Assembly: GCA_963845565.1 (NCBI GenBank)
Contig: CAWJSJ010000002.1
Coordinates: 2,624,001-2,688,000, forward strand
Length of the DNA: 64,000 nt
Source: an uncultured Methylomirabilota bacterium
GTDB taxonomy: Bacteria > Methylomirabilota > Methylomirabilia > Methylomirabilales > 2-02-FULL-66-22
Direction of reading: 5' to 3'
The notes beneath the pieces were generated by a model. It searched no databases. It was not told where the DNA came from and saw nothing but the letters and a program-made list of their open reading frames with translations. The position numbers were made by a program, and so were the translations under genes. Positions 32,324 to 43,321 of this stretch are shown piece by piece; position 1 is the stretch's first letter, and each line of letters starts with the position of its first letter.

Positions 32324-32860
32324 ATGAGGGCCTGGGCCTGCGCGATTGTCATCGCGGTCACCGTGGCGGCATGCGGTCCGACGGTCTATGAGCAGCGTAC
32401 CGCTCGCATCCAGGCGCTTCAACTCGATCTCGATGCGGCCCTGGAGCGATGGCGGGCGGAGGTGAGTCTCAGGAAATTTTCCACGAGCGCCGAGGCGACG
32501 CGCGACCTGGCGTCGCGCTATGAGGATGTGTATGCGCGCTGGGGGTTGCGCGCCGATCCGCTGACACAGGCGATTCTGGCCTACGCCGCTGCGTTGGCGG
32601 TGCGAGTGGATCGACGCGGAATCCTGTCGGAGGAGGCGAACGCGCTCCTCGGAAAGATGCGCGCGGACCTGGACCGGGAACGGCCTACGTTGGCGGCACG
32701 GCATCCCAACACTCAAGCGGAACGGGACGCCGCCATGCTGGCGTGGTGGAACGAGTACTGGACCGCGCAACGGCAGGCCTTTCTGGCGGTCGCCGGAGAC
32801 CCGGTGATTTGCCGAACCGCCCCCGCAGCAGCGACGGGCGCGGCGGTGGTGTGTTTCTGA
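32324..32860 (+). CDS. hypothetical lipoprotein
   Basis: VAAC lipobox; helical mature region; 7 bp after the REC gene. Confidence 0.7.
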   Translation: MRAWACAIVIAVTVAACGPTVYEQRTARIQALQLDLDAALERWRAEVSLRKFSTSAEATRDLASRYEDVYARWGLRADPLTQAILAYAAALAVRVDRRGILSEEANALLGKMRADLDRERPTLAARHPNTQAERDAAMLAWWNEYWTAQRQAFLAVAGDPVICRTAPAAATGAAVVCF

Positions 32861-32983
32861 TTCCTCCAGACCTGCAGTTCCTACCGAATTGGTGGTGGAG
32901 TCGTCGGCCACTGCGCCCGTTGGGCCTTGGGGCTTTGGGCCAGGCAACACCCATCACAACGTGGTACCGGCCGGTTCTGCTGT

Positions 32984-33178
32984 GACAAAAATTGTCGGCT
33001 GATACGATTCTTTGCATTCAGCGTGTTGCGGCTTGCCGTTTTCCTGCGATCGTTTTTCTCTGTATTGTTTGGTTTATATGTGTCACGTAAAATGTTAATT
33101 TCAAATGGAAATATAATACTATTCGTGTTATGTGTTCGACCGAGTTTTTCGGGAATATAGGCTGGCACAAATGCTGCT
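32984..33178 (+). promoter_or_regulatory. sigma54 promoter with upstream palindrome and AT-rich spacer
   Basis: TGGCAC-AAATG-CTGCT at 33163-33178 (GG-N10-GC); GACAA-AAA-TTGTC at 32984-32996. Confidence 0.65.
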
Positions 33179-33280
33179 AATTTCTCCAGTGTTTTTCGAT
33201 GTGCCACATCTGTGAGATAGCTCAAAGGGAAAATGCGGAAAAGACAGTCGTCTTCCCAACAGGTAACCGGGAGAGGAGAC

Positions 33281-33739
33281 ATGGGGATGCGCCCGCCCCG
33301 ACGGCGAGGTTGCGCAGGGTTCACGCTGATCGAGTTACTCATCGTGGTCGTGATTATCGGCCTTCTCGCGAGCATCGCGATCCCCAATCTTTTGAGCGCG
33401 CACCGAAAGGCCCGCTATTCCCGGGCTGCGTCAGATTCGAAAACGCTCGTGACGCAGGCCATCGTGTATGGCAACGATCGGAACAAATACCCGACATCCG
33501 TGGCAGCGTTGCGTGTCGGCGGATACACCAATGTTGCCGACGTGGATACTTGGGGTATTCCGTGGCAGCTTTCCCCCTCGTTGCTGTCCGGTCAAGCGGC
33601 GGGCGCAAACGATGATGTGTACATGTACAGCAAGGGGGCGAACGGCACGGGGGCGTACCCGGTGCCGTTCGTCTCAAACACCGGACTGAGTGGCTCTGTC
33701 GGGTACTCGTCGGTCTACGGCTCCTGGACCGGAAATTGA
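33281..33739 (+). CDS. type IV pilin / pseudopilin
   Basis: Basic leader, AG|FTLIELLIVVVIIGLLASIAIP; GAGGAG RBS. Confidence 0.9.
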   Translation: MGMRPPRRRGCAGFTLIELLIVVVIIGLLASIAIPNLLSAHRKARYSRAASDSKTLVTQAIVYGNDRNKYPTSVAALRVGGYTNVADVDTWGIPWQLSPSLLSGQAAGANDDVYMYSKGANGTGAYPVPFVSNTGLSGSVGYSSVYGSWTGN

Positions 33740-34014
33740 TCCCCGCCCGTCGAACCCCGCGCCCATTCTCTGGTTCCTTTTCGTTTTAGTCACCCTCATT
33801 TCGTAGGTCCCCGCTGTCCGGGTCTTGGGGATGCGTCCCCGTTCTGGCCTGGACGCCCGGGCGTCCGTTCGCGGTACCTTGTCCGTTCAGACGGCACCTG
33901 GGCGTTTCTTGCTGGACTGGGCGGGTGACCCAGAGTAATCTACGCCACCGTGTCAATGGCCGACGTCCGGTTCGGCAGTCAGAATCTTCGGAAAGGGCAC
34001 AGAAGGAGAGAGGG

Positions 34015-34803
34015 ATGAGCCAATTGTTTGAGAATCGCGTGAAGCACCTGATCAAGGCCGGTAAGAAGACCGCCGGCGCCTGGGCGCAACTCTGCAGCCC
34101 GCTGTCCGCCGAGTGTTTGGCTCGAGGTGGTTTCGACTGGATCCTGATCGACATGGAACACGCCGGCGGGGACGTCCTGACGCTGGTGTCGCAGTGCCAG
34201 GCCATCGCGGCCGCAGGCACGGGGGCCGTTCCTCTCGTGCGGGTTCCCTGGAACGACCTGGTCTGGATCAAGCGAATTCTGGATGCCGGTGCCTATGGCC
34301 TGATGATCCCCTATGTGAACACCAAGGACGAGGCGGTACGGGCTCTGCAAGCCTGCAAGTATCCCCCGCAGGGGATTCGCGGAATCGCCGGGAGCATCCG
34401 GGCGGCCGGGTACGGTCGCGACACAAGCAGTTACCTCAAGCGGGCGAACGACGAGCTCTTCATCATGCTCCAGGTGGAAACCCTGCAGGCCATCGAGAAC
34501 ATGGAAGAGATCGCCACCGTCCCCGGGATCGATGCCCTCTTTATCGGGCCGATGGACCTCTCCACCTCCATGGGACACTTCGGCAACCCGGCGCATCCCG
34601 AAGTCCAGGCGGCGATCGCCAAAGCCGAGTCCAAGGCGAAGAAGCTCGGCCTGCCGCTGGGAACCATCTCGGGCGGTTGGGACCAGGCCAAGGCCCTCTA
34701 CGATCGCGGGTACCAGCTCATCACGCTGCTCTCGGATTCGGTCCTGGTCTCCAAGGCGAGTGCAGACACCATGGCGAAATTCCGCGAGGTGTTTCCGGCG
34801 TAA
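34015..34803 (+). CDS. HpcH/HpaI family aldolase
   Basis: GFDWILIDMEH, IKRILDAGA, YPPQGIRG, QVET, FIGPMDLS. Confidence 0.92.
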   Translation: MSQLFENRVKHLIKAGKKTAGAWAQLCSPLSAECLARGGFDWILIDMEHAGGDVLTLVSQCQAIAAAGTGAVPLVRVPWNDLVWIKRILDAGAYGLMIPYVNTKDEAVRALQACKYPPQGIRGIAGSIRAAGYGRDTSSYLKRANDELFIMLQVETLQAIENMEEIATVPGIDALFIGPMDLSTSMGHFGNPAHPEVQAAIAKAESKAKKLGLPLGTISGGWDQAKALYDRGYQLITLLSDSVLVSKASADTMAKFREVFPA

Positions 34804-34983
34804 TGTGCCGGTGGTGACGATCCGGGACCTTCTGGCGGCCGGACGCCCTCCCCTGTTCGCGGAGACGGCGTCCGGCCGTTGCGTGACGGCACGCCGACCG
34901 CTTCGACGAAATCGTGTTGACAGCAGCGGGTCCCCCACGACATTCGGTCCCCTTGTTGTTGTGACATCGAGAACTCACGGCGT

Positions 34984-35823
34984 ATGCGTATCGATCTGCA
35001 CGTTCATACAACCGCCTCGGATGGCTTGCTGGAGCCGACAGCCCTCGTCCGGGCGGTCGAGGCGGCCGGCGTTCGGATTTTCAGCGTCGCGGATCATGAT
35101 ACCGTGGACGGCCTGGACGAGGCGAAGCGCGCGGCGGACGCCGCGGGTCTCACCTTGATCCCGGGTGTGGAACTGAGTGCGTACTGGCGCACGGTGGAAT
35201 TCCACATCCTCGGCTACTTCATCGATCCTGCCGGCGCCGCGCTACGGGCGTTCCTCGCGAACACCCGGGAAGCGCGCCAGGTTCGCCTGCACGCCATGAT
35301 CACCCGGTTGCAGGCAATGGGGATGGGTGTCTCGGCGGACGACGTGCTGACGCGGGCCAGGGACGGCAACGTGGGACGCCCGCATCTGGCGCGCACACTC
35401 GTGGAGCGCGGCTTCGTGGGCAGTACCGATGAGGCCTTCGCGCGCTACCTCGGCGCGGACCGGCCGGCCTACGTCCCGCGCCCGGACGTCTCCGTCCAGC
35501 AAGCCATCGACGCGATCCGGGGCGCGGGCGGCATCGCATCCTTGGCCCATCCGGGGCTCCACGACCGGGACGAGGCGATTCCCGATCTGGTGGCGGCGGG
35601 CCTGGCGGCTATCGAGGTCTATCACCCGCACCACGCCTTCGGGCGCGCGGGGCGGTACCGGCGACTGGCGCGGCGATACGGCTTGCTGGTGACCGGCGGG
35701 TCGGATTTTCATGGAGCAGGGGTTGGGGATCATGCCTCCCTGCCGGGCGTTCCCTGTTTACCGGAAGCCGACTACGCGCTGCTGCTGGACGCCTCCCGCA
35801 CGCGACGACCCCTTCCTGTCTGA
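34984..35823 (+). CDS. PHP domain phosphoesterase
   Basis: DLHVHTTASDG, DHDT, GVELS, HILGY, AHP, TGGSDFHG. Confidence 0.92.
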   Translation: MRIDLHVHTTASDGLLEPTALVRAVEAAGVRIFSVADHDTVDGLDEAKRAADAAGLTLIPGVELSAYWRTVEFHILGYFIDPAGAALRAFLANTREARQVRLHAMITRLQAMGMGVSADDVLTRARDGNVGRPHLARTLVERGFVGSTDEAFARYLGADRPAYVPRPDVSVQQAIDAIRGAGGIASLAHPGLHDRDEAIPDLVAAGLAAIEVYHPHHAFGRAGRYRRLARRYGLLVTGGSDFHGAGVGDHASLPGVPCLPEADYALLLDASRTRRPLPV

Positions 35824-35989
35824 AGCTACCATCCCCCCCATCGGCGTCTGCCGATTACCGCGCACCGCGCGGAAAATCCACGAGTTACGGCTCTGCGAGG
35901 CCGGCGTGCTTGGCTTGCCAGCGCCCGACTAATCCAGTATGATCGCCCAATCCTTTCGGGGGGAGCATGGTCGAGGATGGGGTGTCTTC

Positions 35990-37036
35990 ATGGATGACCG
36001 CGACAAGCGGTTGCTGAACGCGATCCAGGCGGATTTCCCGCTGCGTGCTCGACCTTTCCATATCCTCGGAACGGCCCTGGGCCTCGCCGAGGCGGAGGTT
36101 ATCGCGCGCCTCGGCGAGTATAAGCGACAGAGGTTGCTGCGGCAGATCGGCGGCATCTTCGACACGCGCAGTCTGGGCTATCAGAGCAGCCTGGTTGCGA
36201 TGCGGGTCCGGCCCGACCGGCTGGAGGCGGCGGCCCAGGTGGTGAACCAGCATCCCGGCGTGAGCCACAATTACGAGCGGAACCACGAGTTCAACCTGTG
36301 GTTCACGGTCGCCGTCCCCTCCGGAAGCGATCTCCCTTGGACGGTTGACCGGCTGCATGAGATGGCGGGAGCGGAATCCACGCGCATGCTGCCGACGCTC
36401 CGCCTCTTCAAGATCGGCGTGCAGTTCGACATGGAAGGCAAGAGCGGCGCCGAGCGTAGCGAGGCGGCATACAGCGACGCCCGGCGGCCCACGGCGGGGC
36501 CGGACGGCCTGCGTCCTGTGGACATCGCCGTCATCCGGGAACTTCAGGAGGATCTGCCCTTGCTGCCGCAGCCCTTTGCGCCGATGGCGGAGCGGGTTGG
36601 GATCGCCGAGGAGGAGTTCTTCGCGGTGGCAGGTCGCCTCAAGGCGCACGGCTACATGCGCCGGATGGCCGCCGTGCTCCGCCACCGCGAGGCCGGTTTC
36701 CGGGCGAACGCTATGGGGGTGTGGGTGGTGCCCGCCGAGCGGGCGGAAGAGGTTGGCCGAATCATGGGCAGCTTCACGGGGGTGAGCCACTGCTACCTCC
36801 GCCCCACCTATCCCGACTGGCCGTACAGCATCTTCACGATGGTGCACGGGCACCATGACCAGGACTGTCAGGAGGTCTTCGACGCCATCGCCCGAGCGAC
36901 AGCCATCGGCGAGTACGCCTTGCTGTACAGCACCAAGGAGTACAAGAAGATCCGGCTGCGGTACTTCACGCCCGAGGTGGCGGCGTGGGAGGCGGATGTC
37001 CGCCGGTCGCTCGCGTCGGCGGCGGCCCGGTCGTAA
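35990..37036 (+). CDS. ahbAB: siroheme decarboxylase, fused AhbA-AhbB (NirDL-like)
   Basis: Two Lrp-like repeats with GVSHNYER and GVSHCYLR; NAMGVW, WPYSIFTMVHG, LYSTKEYKK. Confidence 0.88.
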   Translation: MDDRDKRLLNAIQADFPLRARPFHILGTALGLAEAEVIARLGEYKRQRLLRQIGGIFDTRSLGYQSSLVAMRVRPDRLEAAAQVVNQHPGVSHNYERNHEFNLWFTVAVPSGSDLPWTVDRLHEMAGAESTRMLPTLRLFKIGVQFDMEGKSGAERSEAAYSDARRPTAGPDGLRPVDIAVIRELQEDLPLLPQPFAPMAERVGIAEEEFFAVAGRLKAHGYMRRMAAVLRHREAGFRANAMGVWVVPAERAEEVGRIMGSFTGVSHCYLRPTYPDWPYSIFTMVHGHHDQDCQEVFDAIARATAIGEYALLYSTKEYKKIRLRYFTPEVAAWEADVRRSLASAAARS

Positions 37037-37039
37037 CCG

Positions 37040-37807
37040 ATGCTCCAGGACATCGCAGGGCGACAAGAGACCAGGGAGAGCCCGCCGGCCGTCGACGTGC
37101 AGGGCCTGACCAAGGTCTTCGGGTCGACGCTGGCCCTGGACGCGGTGGATCTGTTCGCCGGCCGGGGGGAGGTGGTGGCGCTGCTTGGCCCCAACGGCGC
37201 CGGAAAGACGACCTTGCTGAAGCTTTTGTCCACGGCGCTCAAGCCCTCGGCCGGCGGCGGCCGCATCCTGGGCGAAGACCTCCTGACCGGGCGTGATCCG
37301 ATCCGGCGGCGGATCGGCATGATCTCGCACAATCACCACCTGTACGAGGAGCTGACGGCGGAGGAGAACCTGCGCTTCGCGGCCACCATGCGCGGGATTC
37401 GCCCCGACCGGAGCCGGATCCGGAAGGCGCTGGCCGACGTGGGGCTGGAGACGCAAGCGGTCTGGAAGGTTCGGACCTACAGCACGGGTATGAAGCGGCG
37501 GCTGGTGATCGGCAAGATGCTCCTCTTCGACCCCGAGCTTCTGTTCCTGGACGAGCCTCACAACACGCTGGATCAGGCCGCTATCGCGCTGCTCAACGGC
37601 TATGTGGCGTCGGTCCGGGCTCGGGGCGGGTCGGCGATCGTGGCCACGCATAACCTGAGCCGGGCGTACGACATGGCGGATCGGTTCGTCCTCATGCGCG
37701 AGGGCGCCGTGAGCCGCCGGGTCGAGAAGTCCGGTCTGTCAATGGAGCAGTTGCGGGCGCTCTACACGCGGCATGCGGAGAACGGCGAGGAAGAGCCGAG
37801 AGGGTAG
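37040..37807 (+). CDS. ccmA: heme ABC exporter ATPase
   Basis: GPNGAGKT, YSTGMKRR, LDEP; directly before ccmB. Confidence 0.88.
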   Translation: MLQDIAGRQETRESPPAVDVQGLTKVFGSTLALDAVDLFAGRGEVVALLGPNGAGKTTLLKLLSTALKPSAGGGRILGEDLLTGRDPIRRRIGMISHNHHLYEELTAEENLRFAATMRGIRPDRSRIRKALADVGLETQAVWKVRTYSTGMKRRLVIGKMLLFDPELLFLDEPHNTLDQAAIALLNGYVASVRARGGSAIVATHNLSRAYDMADRFVLMREGAVSRRVEKSGLSMEQLRALYTRHAENGEEEPRG

Positions 37808-37872
37808 AGCCGAGAGCCGAGCGTGTAGAGAGACGAACCGGCGGCCAACGGCCGAGAGCGGGGCGACGCGCG

Positions 37873-38559
37873 ATGGTGGTGGCGGAGGTGATGCGGCGTA
37901 CCTGGGCCATGACGTGGAAGGACGTCCGGGTGGAGCTCCGCGCCCGCGAGCGCATGAACGCCATGCTGTTCTTTGCGGGGCTAGTGCTGTTCATTTTCAA
38001 CTTCGCCCTGGGGCCCGATCTGGAGAGGCTGCGCGACGCGGCGCCGGGGCTGCTGTGGCTGGCCTTCCTGTTCACCGGAATGCTCGGCCTGGGTCGGAGC
38101 TTCCAAGCCGAGCGCGAGAACGAGTGCTTCGAAGAGCTCTTGCTCACCCCCGGGGATCGGGAATCGCTCTACTTCGGCAAGCTGGCGGGGAACATCCTTT
38201 TCATGGTGATGGCCGAACTCCTGATCCTTCCGCTCTTCGCGATCCTCTACAACCTGGACATCTGGAGTCGGTTGCCGGGGCTGGTGCTGGTGGCGGTGCT
38301 GGGGACGATCGGCTTCTCGACCATTGGGACGCTGCTGGCGGCCATGACGGCGCATCTGCGGGCCCGCGAGGTGATGCTGCCGCTGCTCCTGTTCCCGCTC
38401 ACCGTCCCGGTGATCCTGGGGTCCGTGCGGGCCACCGAGGCGCTCCTGAACGGTCCGGGGCTGGTCGAGGTCGGCCACTGGCTGAAGCTGCTGGTGGGCT
38501 TCGACGTAGTCTTTCTGGTGGTCTGCCCGCTCCTGTTCGAGTTTGTGTTGGAGGAATGA
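37873..38559 (+). CDS. ccmB: heme exporter permease
   Basis: KDVRVELR, PGLLW, LPLLLFPLTVPV. Confidence 0.9.
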   Translation: MVVAEVMRRTWAMTWKDVRVELRARERMNAMLFFAGLVLFIFNFALGPDLERLRDAAPGLLWLAFLFTGMLGLGRSFQAERENECFEELLLTPGDRESLYFGKLAGNILFMVMAELLILPLFAILYNLDIWSRLPGLVLVAVLGTIGFSTIGTLLAAMTAHLRAREVMLPLLLFPLTVPVILGSVRATEALLNGPGLVEVGHWLKLLVGFDVVFLVVCPLLFEFVLEE

Positions 38560-39251
38560 TGAGTCGTCCGCTTGTCGTCACCCGCGTGGTGGGGGCGCTG
38601 GCCGGCGCGGTGCTGGCGGTCGGTCTCGGCTTGGCGTTCTTCGTCGTGCCGCCGGACGCGGTGCAGGGGGAGGTGCAGCGAATCATGTACCTCCACCTCG
38701 GGGCGGTCGCGGCGGCGTACTTCGCGTTCTTCGTGACGCTCCTGGCGAGCGTGCGGTACCTGTGGAAGCGGGACCTACGGGCGGACGCCGTGGCGGTCGC
38801 CTCGGCGGAAGTCGGCGTCCTGTTCACCGGCGTCGTCCTGGCCTCGGGGTCGATCTGGGGCAAGTCCACCTGGGGCGTCTGGTGGACGTGGGACGCGCGT
38901 CTCACGCTGACGGCCATCACGTTCACGATCTACGTCGGGTATCTGATGCTGCGAGCCTTTGCGGAGGAGCCGCAGGCGGCGGCCCGGTATGGCGCGGTAC
39001 TCGGCGTCCTGGGTTTCCTGGCGATTCCGCTGAATCACTTCGCCGTGCAATGGTGGCGCACGCTGCACCAGCCGTCCTCGATCATCCGGGCCGGTGGCCC
39101 GTCCATGGACCCCTTCATGCTGACGGTCGTCCTGGTGAACGTGTGCGGCATGCTGCTCTTGTATGGATACCTGCTCTTGGAGCGGTTTCGGCTGGAGCGC
39201 ATCCGACACCAGACGCTTCAGCTCCGCTTGACGCGAGGGCGCCGTGGGTAG
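38556..39251 (+). CDS. ccmC: heme exporter CcmC
   Basis: RIMYLH, WGKSTWGVWWTWDARLT, WWRTLHQ. Confidence 0.93.
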   Translation: MMSRPLVVTRVVGALAGAVLAVGLGLAFFVVPPDAVQGEVQRIMYLHLGAVAAAYFAFFVTLLASVRYLWKRDLRADAVAVASAEVGVLFTGVVLASGSIWGKSTWGVWWTWDARLTLTAITFTIYVGYLMLRAFAEEPQAAARYGAVLGVLGFLAIPLNHFAVQWWRTLHQPSSIIRAGGPSMDPFMLTVVLVNVCGMLLLYGYLLLERFRLERIRHQTLQLRLTRGRRG

Positions 39252-39390
39252 CTGGGGATTCATCGGGTTGGCGTATGGGATCGCTGCGATTGTGCTGACG
39301 GTGTATGTGGTTGGCCTGTTTGGCCGGCTGCGGGACGCTGGCCAAACCCTGACCGCGCTGGAGCGGGATGGGGGACGGAGCGCGCGATGA
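39244..39390 (+). CDS. ccmD: heme exporter CcmD (48 aa, not in ORF track)
   Basis: MGSWGFIGLAYGIAAIVLTVYVVGLFGRLRDAGQTLTALERDGGRSAR; single TM, overlaps ccmC stop and ccmE start. Confidence 0.8.
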   Translation: MGSWGFIGLAYGIAAIVLTVYVVGLFGRLRDAGQTLTALERDGGRSAR

Positions 39391-39838
39391 CAGGGCGACG
39401 AACCAAGTATCTGATCGCCGGAGGAATCGTGCTGGCGGCGCTGGCGGGGCTGGTCTATTCCGGCGTGAAGGAATCCATGGTGTACTTCTACACCCCCACC
39501 GAGGTGCGCGAAAAGACGGACGCGGTGCGCGGGAAGGCGCTGCGGGTGGGCGGCATGGTGGTGGAAGGGTCGGTCCGCTGGGACCCGCAGCAGGTGCTGC
39601 TGACGTTCGCGCTGACGGACGGACAGAGCAACGTGCCGGTGCGGCACCGGGGGACGGCCCCCGATCTGTTCAAGGAGGGGGCCGGCGCCGTGGTGGAAGG
39701 CACCTGGGCACCCGAAGGGTACCTCCGGTCCAGCAACATCATGGCGAAGCACTCGGAGGAGTACAAGGCGCCGACGCAGGCCGAGACGCTGGAGGGGAAG
39801 AAGGCCCTCTTCAAGTCGCTCCTGCCCGGGGAGAAGCG

Positions 39839-39842
<4 letters not shown>
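39387..39842 (+). CDS. ccmE: heme chaperone CcmE
   Basis: YFYTPTE, RVGGMV, PDLFKEG, AKHSEEY (HxxxY). Confidence 0.93.
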
Positions 39843-41818
<1,976 letters not shown>

Positions 41819-41838
41819 AATCGGCGGTGGAGCAGTCC

Positions 41839-42363
41839 ATGACGTGGAAGAGGTTGCTGATTCCGCTGGCCAGCGTGCCGGTGATCCTGTTGCTGGCCTA
41901 CGGATTTCGGACGGACCCCAAGGCGATCCCATCGCCCCTGGTCAAGAAGCCGGCGCCGGAGTTCCGACTGACCGTGTTCGGAGGTGGAGAGATCTCCCTC
42001 GCCGGCCTGAAGGGGAAGCCGGCGGTGCTGAACTTTTGGGCTTCCTGGTGCTACCCCGCCTGCTACGAAGAGGCGCCGCTATTGGAGGCCACCTGGCGGA
42101 AGTTCAAAGACCAGGGGCTGATGGTGGTCGGCGTGGACATCCAGGATAAGGAGGCGAACGCGCTGGAATTCATCCAGCGGTTCGGATTCACCTTCCCGAA
42201 TGCACCCGATCCGGGGAGCAAGGTCTCGATCGACTACGGGGTGTACGGCGTGCCGGAGACGTTCTTCGTGGACCGCCATGGGCACATTGTCTACAAGCAT
42301 GTCGGCGCCCTGACGCCGGGGATTCTTGAGGCGCAGGTCCAGGCGCTGCTGAAGGGGAGCTGA
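41839..42363 (+). CDS. ccmG: CcmG/DsbE thiol-disulfide oxidoreductase (CX3C variant)
   Basis: N-terminal TM, LNFWASWCYPAC, YGVYGVPETFFVD. Confidence 0.88.
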   Translation: MTWKRLLIPLASVPVILLLAYGFRTDPKAIPSPLVKKPAPEFRLTVFGGGEISLAGLKGKPAVLNFWASWCYPACYEEAPLLEATWRKFKDQGLMVVGVDIQDKEANALEFIQRFGFTFPNAPDPGSKVSIDYGVYGVPETFFVDRHGHIVYKHVGALTPGILEAQVQALLKGS

Positions 42364-42364
42364 G

Positions 42365-42856
42365 ATGGCCTGGTGGGGTGCCCGCAGAATGAGACGAGGA
42401 GGTGGCTGGCCGGTGCGGCTGCTGCTGGCCACCGCGCTGCTGCTCGGACCGGCCGACGGTGCACACGCCGCTGGGTCCGACGTGGAAGATCGGGTGCGCG
42501 AGATCGCCTCGGAGCTCCGGTGTGTGGTGTGCCAGAACCTTTCCGTGGCGGATTCCCCGTCCGATCTGGCCAAGGAAATGCGGAACGTGGTCCGGGATCA
42601 GGTCCAGCAAGGCAAGAGCCGCGAAGAGGTGCAGGCCTACTTCGTCAGCCGGTACGGGGAGTATGTCCTGCTGGCGCCGCCGAAACGGGGGTTCAATCTG
42701 CTGGTCTGGGGACTGCCGTTCCTCGCCGTCTTGGCCGGCGGCGGGGTGGTGTACCTGGTGGCCCGTCGCTGGGCCGAGCAGAAGCCGGGCGTCCGGCCGA
42801 CGGTGGATCCCGTCTATGCCGAACGAGTGCGGCGCGAACTGAAGGATCGCGAATAG
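42365..42856 (+). CDS. ccmH: CcmH
   Basis: LRCVVCQNLSVADS, RYGEYVLLAPP. Confidence 0.9.
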   Translation: MAWWGARRMRRGGGWPVRLLLATALLLGPADGAHAAGSDVEDRVREIASELRCVVCQNLSVADSPSDLAKEMRNVVRDQVQQGKSREEVQAYFVSRYGEYVLLAPPKRGFNLLVWGLPFLAVLAGGGVVYLVARRWAEQKPGVRPTVDPVYAERVRRELKDRE

Positions 42857-42970
42857 GGATAGGCGGTTGGGCAACTGGGCAACTCGGAAGGGCGATATCG
42901 TAGCGACGGTGCGCCCAATGAACCAATTGCCTCACGGTCCAGTTTCCTTGACGGGGATACCGGAGAACGC

Positions 42971-43321
42971 ATGGCCATACTGATCGCACTCGGGATCGCG
43001 ATGGCGGCTGTCGGTTTCGTAGCGGCGCCCTTCTTCTTCGGCGCACGGCAGGGCGCCCGAGTGGCGACGGCGACGGCCGACGAGCAAGCGTCGCTGGACC
43101 TCCAGGAACTCATGGCCGAGAAAGAAACCGTCTACGCCGCCATCCAAGAGCTGGATTTCGACCTCCAGGCCGGCAAACTGTCCGTCGAGGACCATGGGAG
43201 CTTGCGGGAACGCAACGAGGAGCGAGCGGCAGCCGTGCTCAAGGCGATCGACGACCACACGGCGGCCACCGCTGCACCGCAGGCGTCACGGAAGGCCCGC
43301 CGGGAGAAGCGCCGGGGATGA
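42971..43321 (+). CDS. CcmI N-terminal-like small membrane protein
   Basis: N-terminal TM then IQELDFDLQAGKLS motif; follows ccmH. Confidence 0.7.
   Translation: MAILIALGIAMAAVGFVAAPFFFGARQGARVATATADEQASLDLQELMAEKETVYAAIQELDFDLQAGKLSVEDHGSLRERNEERAAAVLKAIDDHTAATAAPQASRKARREKRRG

Noticed and set aside
35990..37036. Lrp/AsnC transcriptional regulator
   Set aside because: Duplicated HxYxR motifs and heme-related context indicate siroheme decarboxylase.
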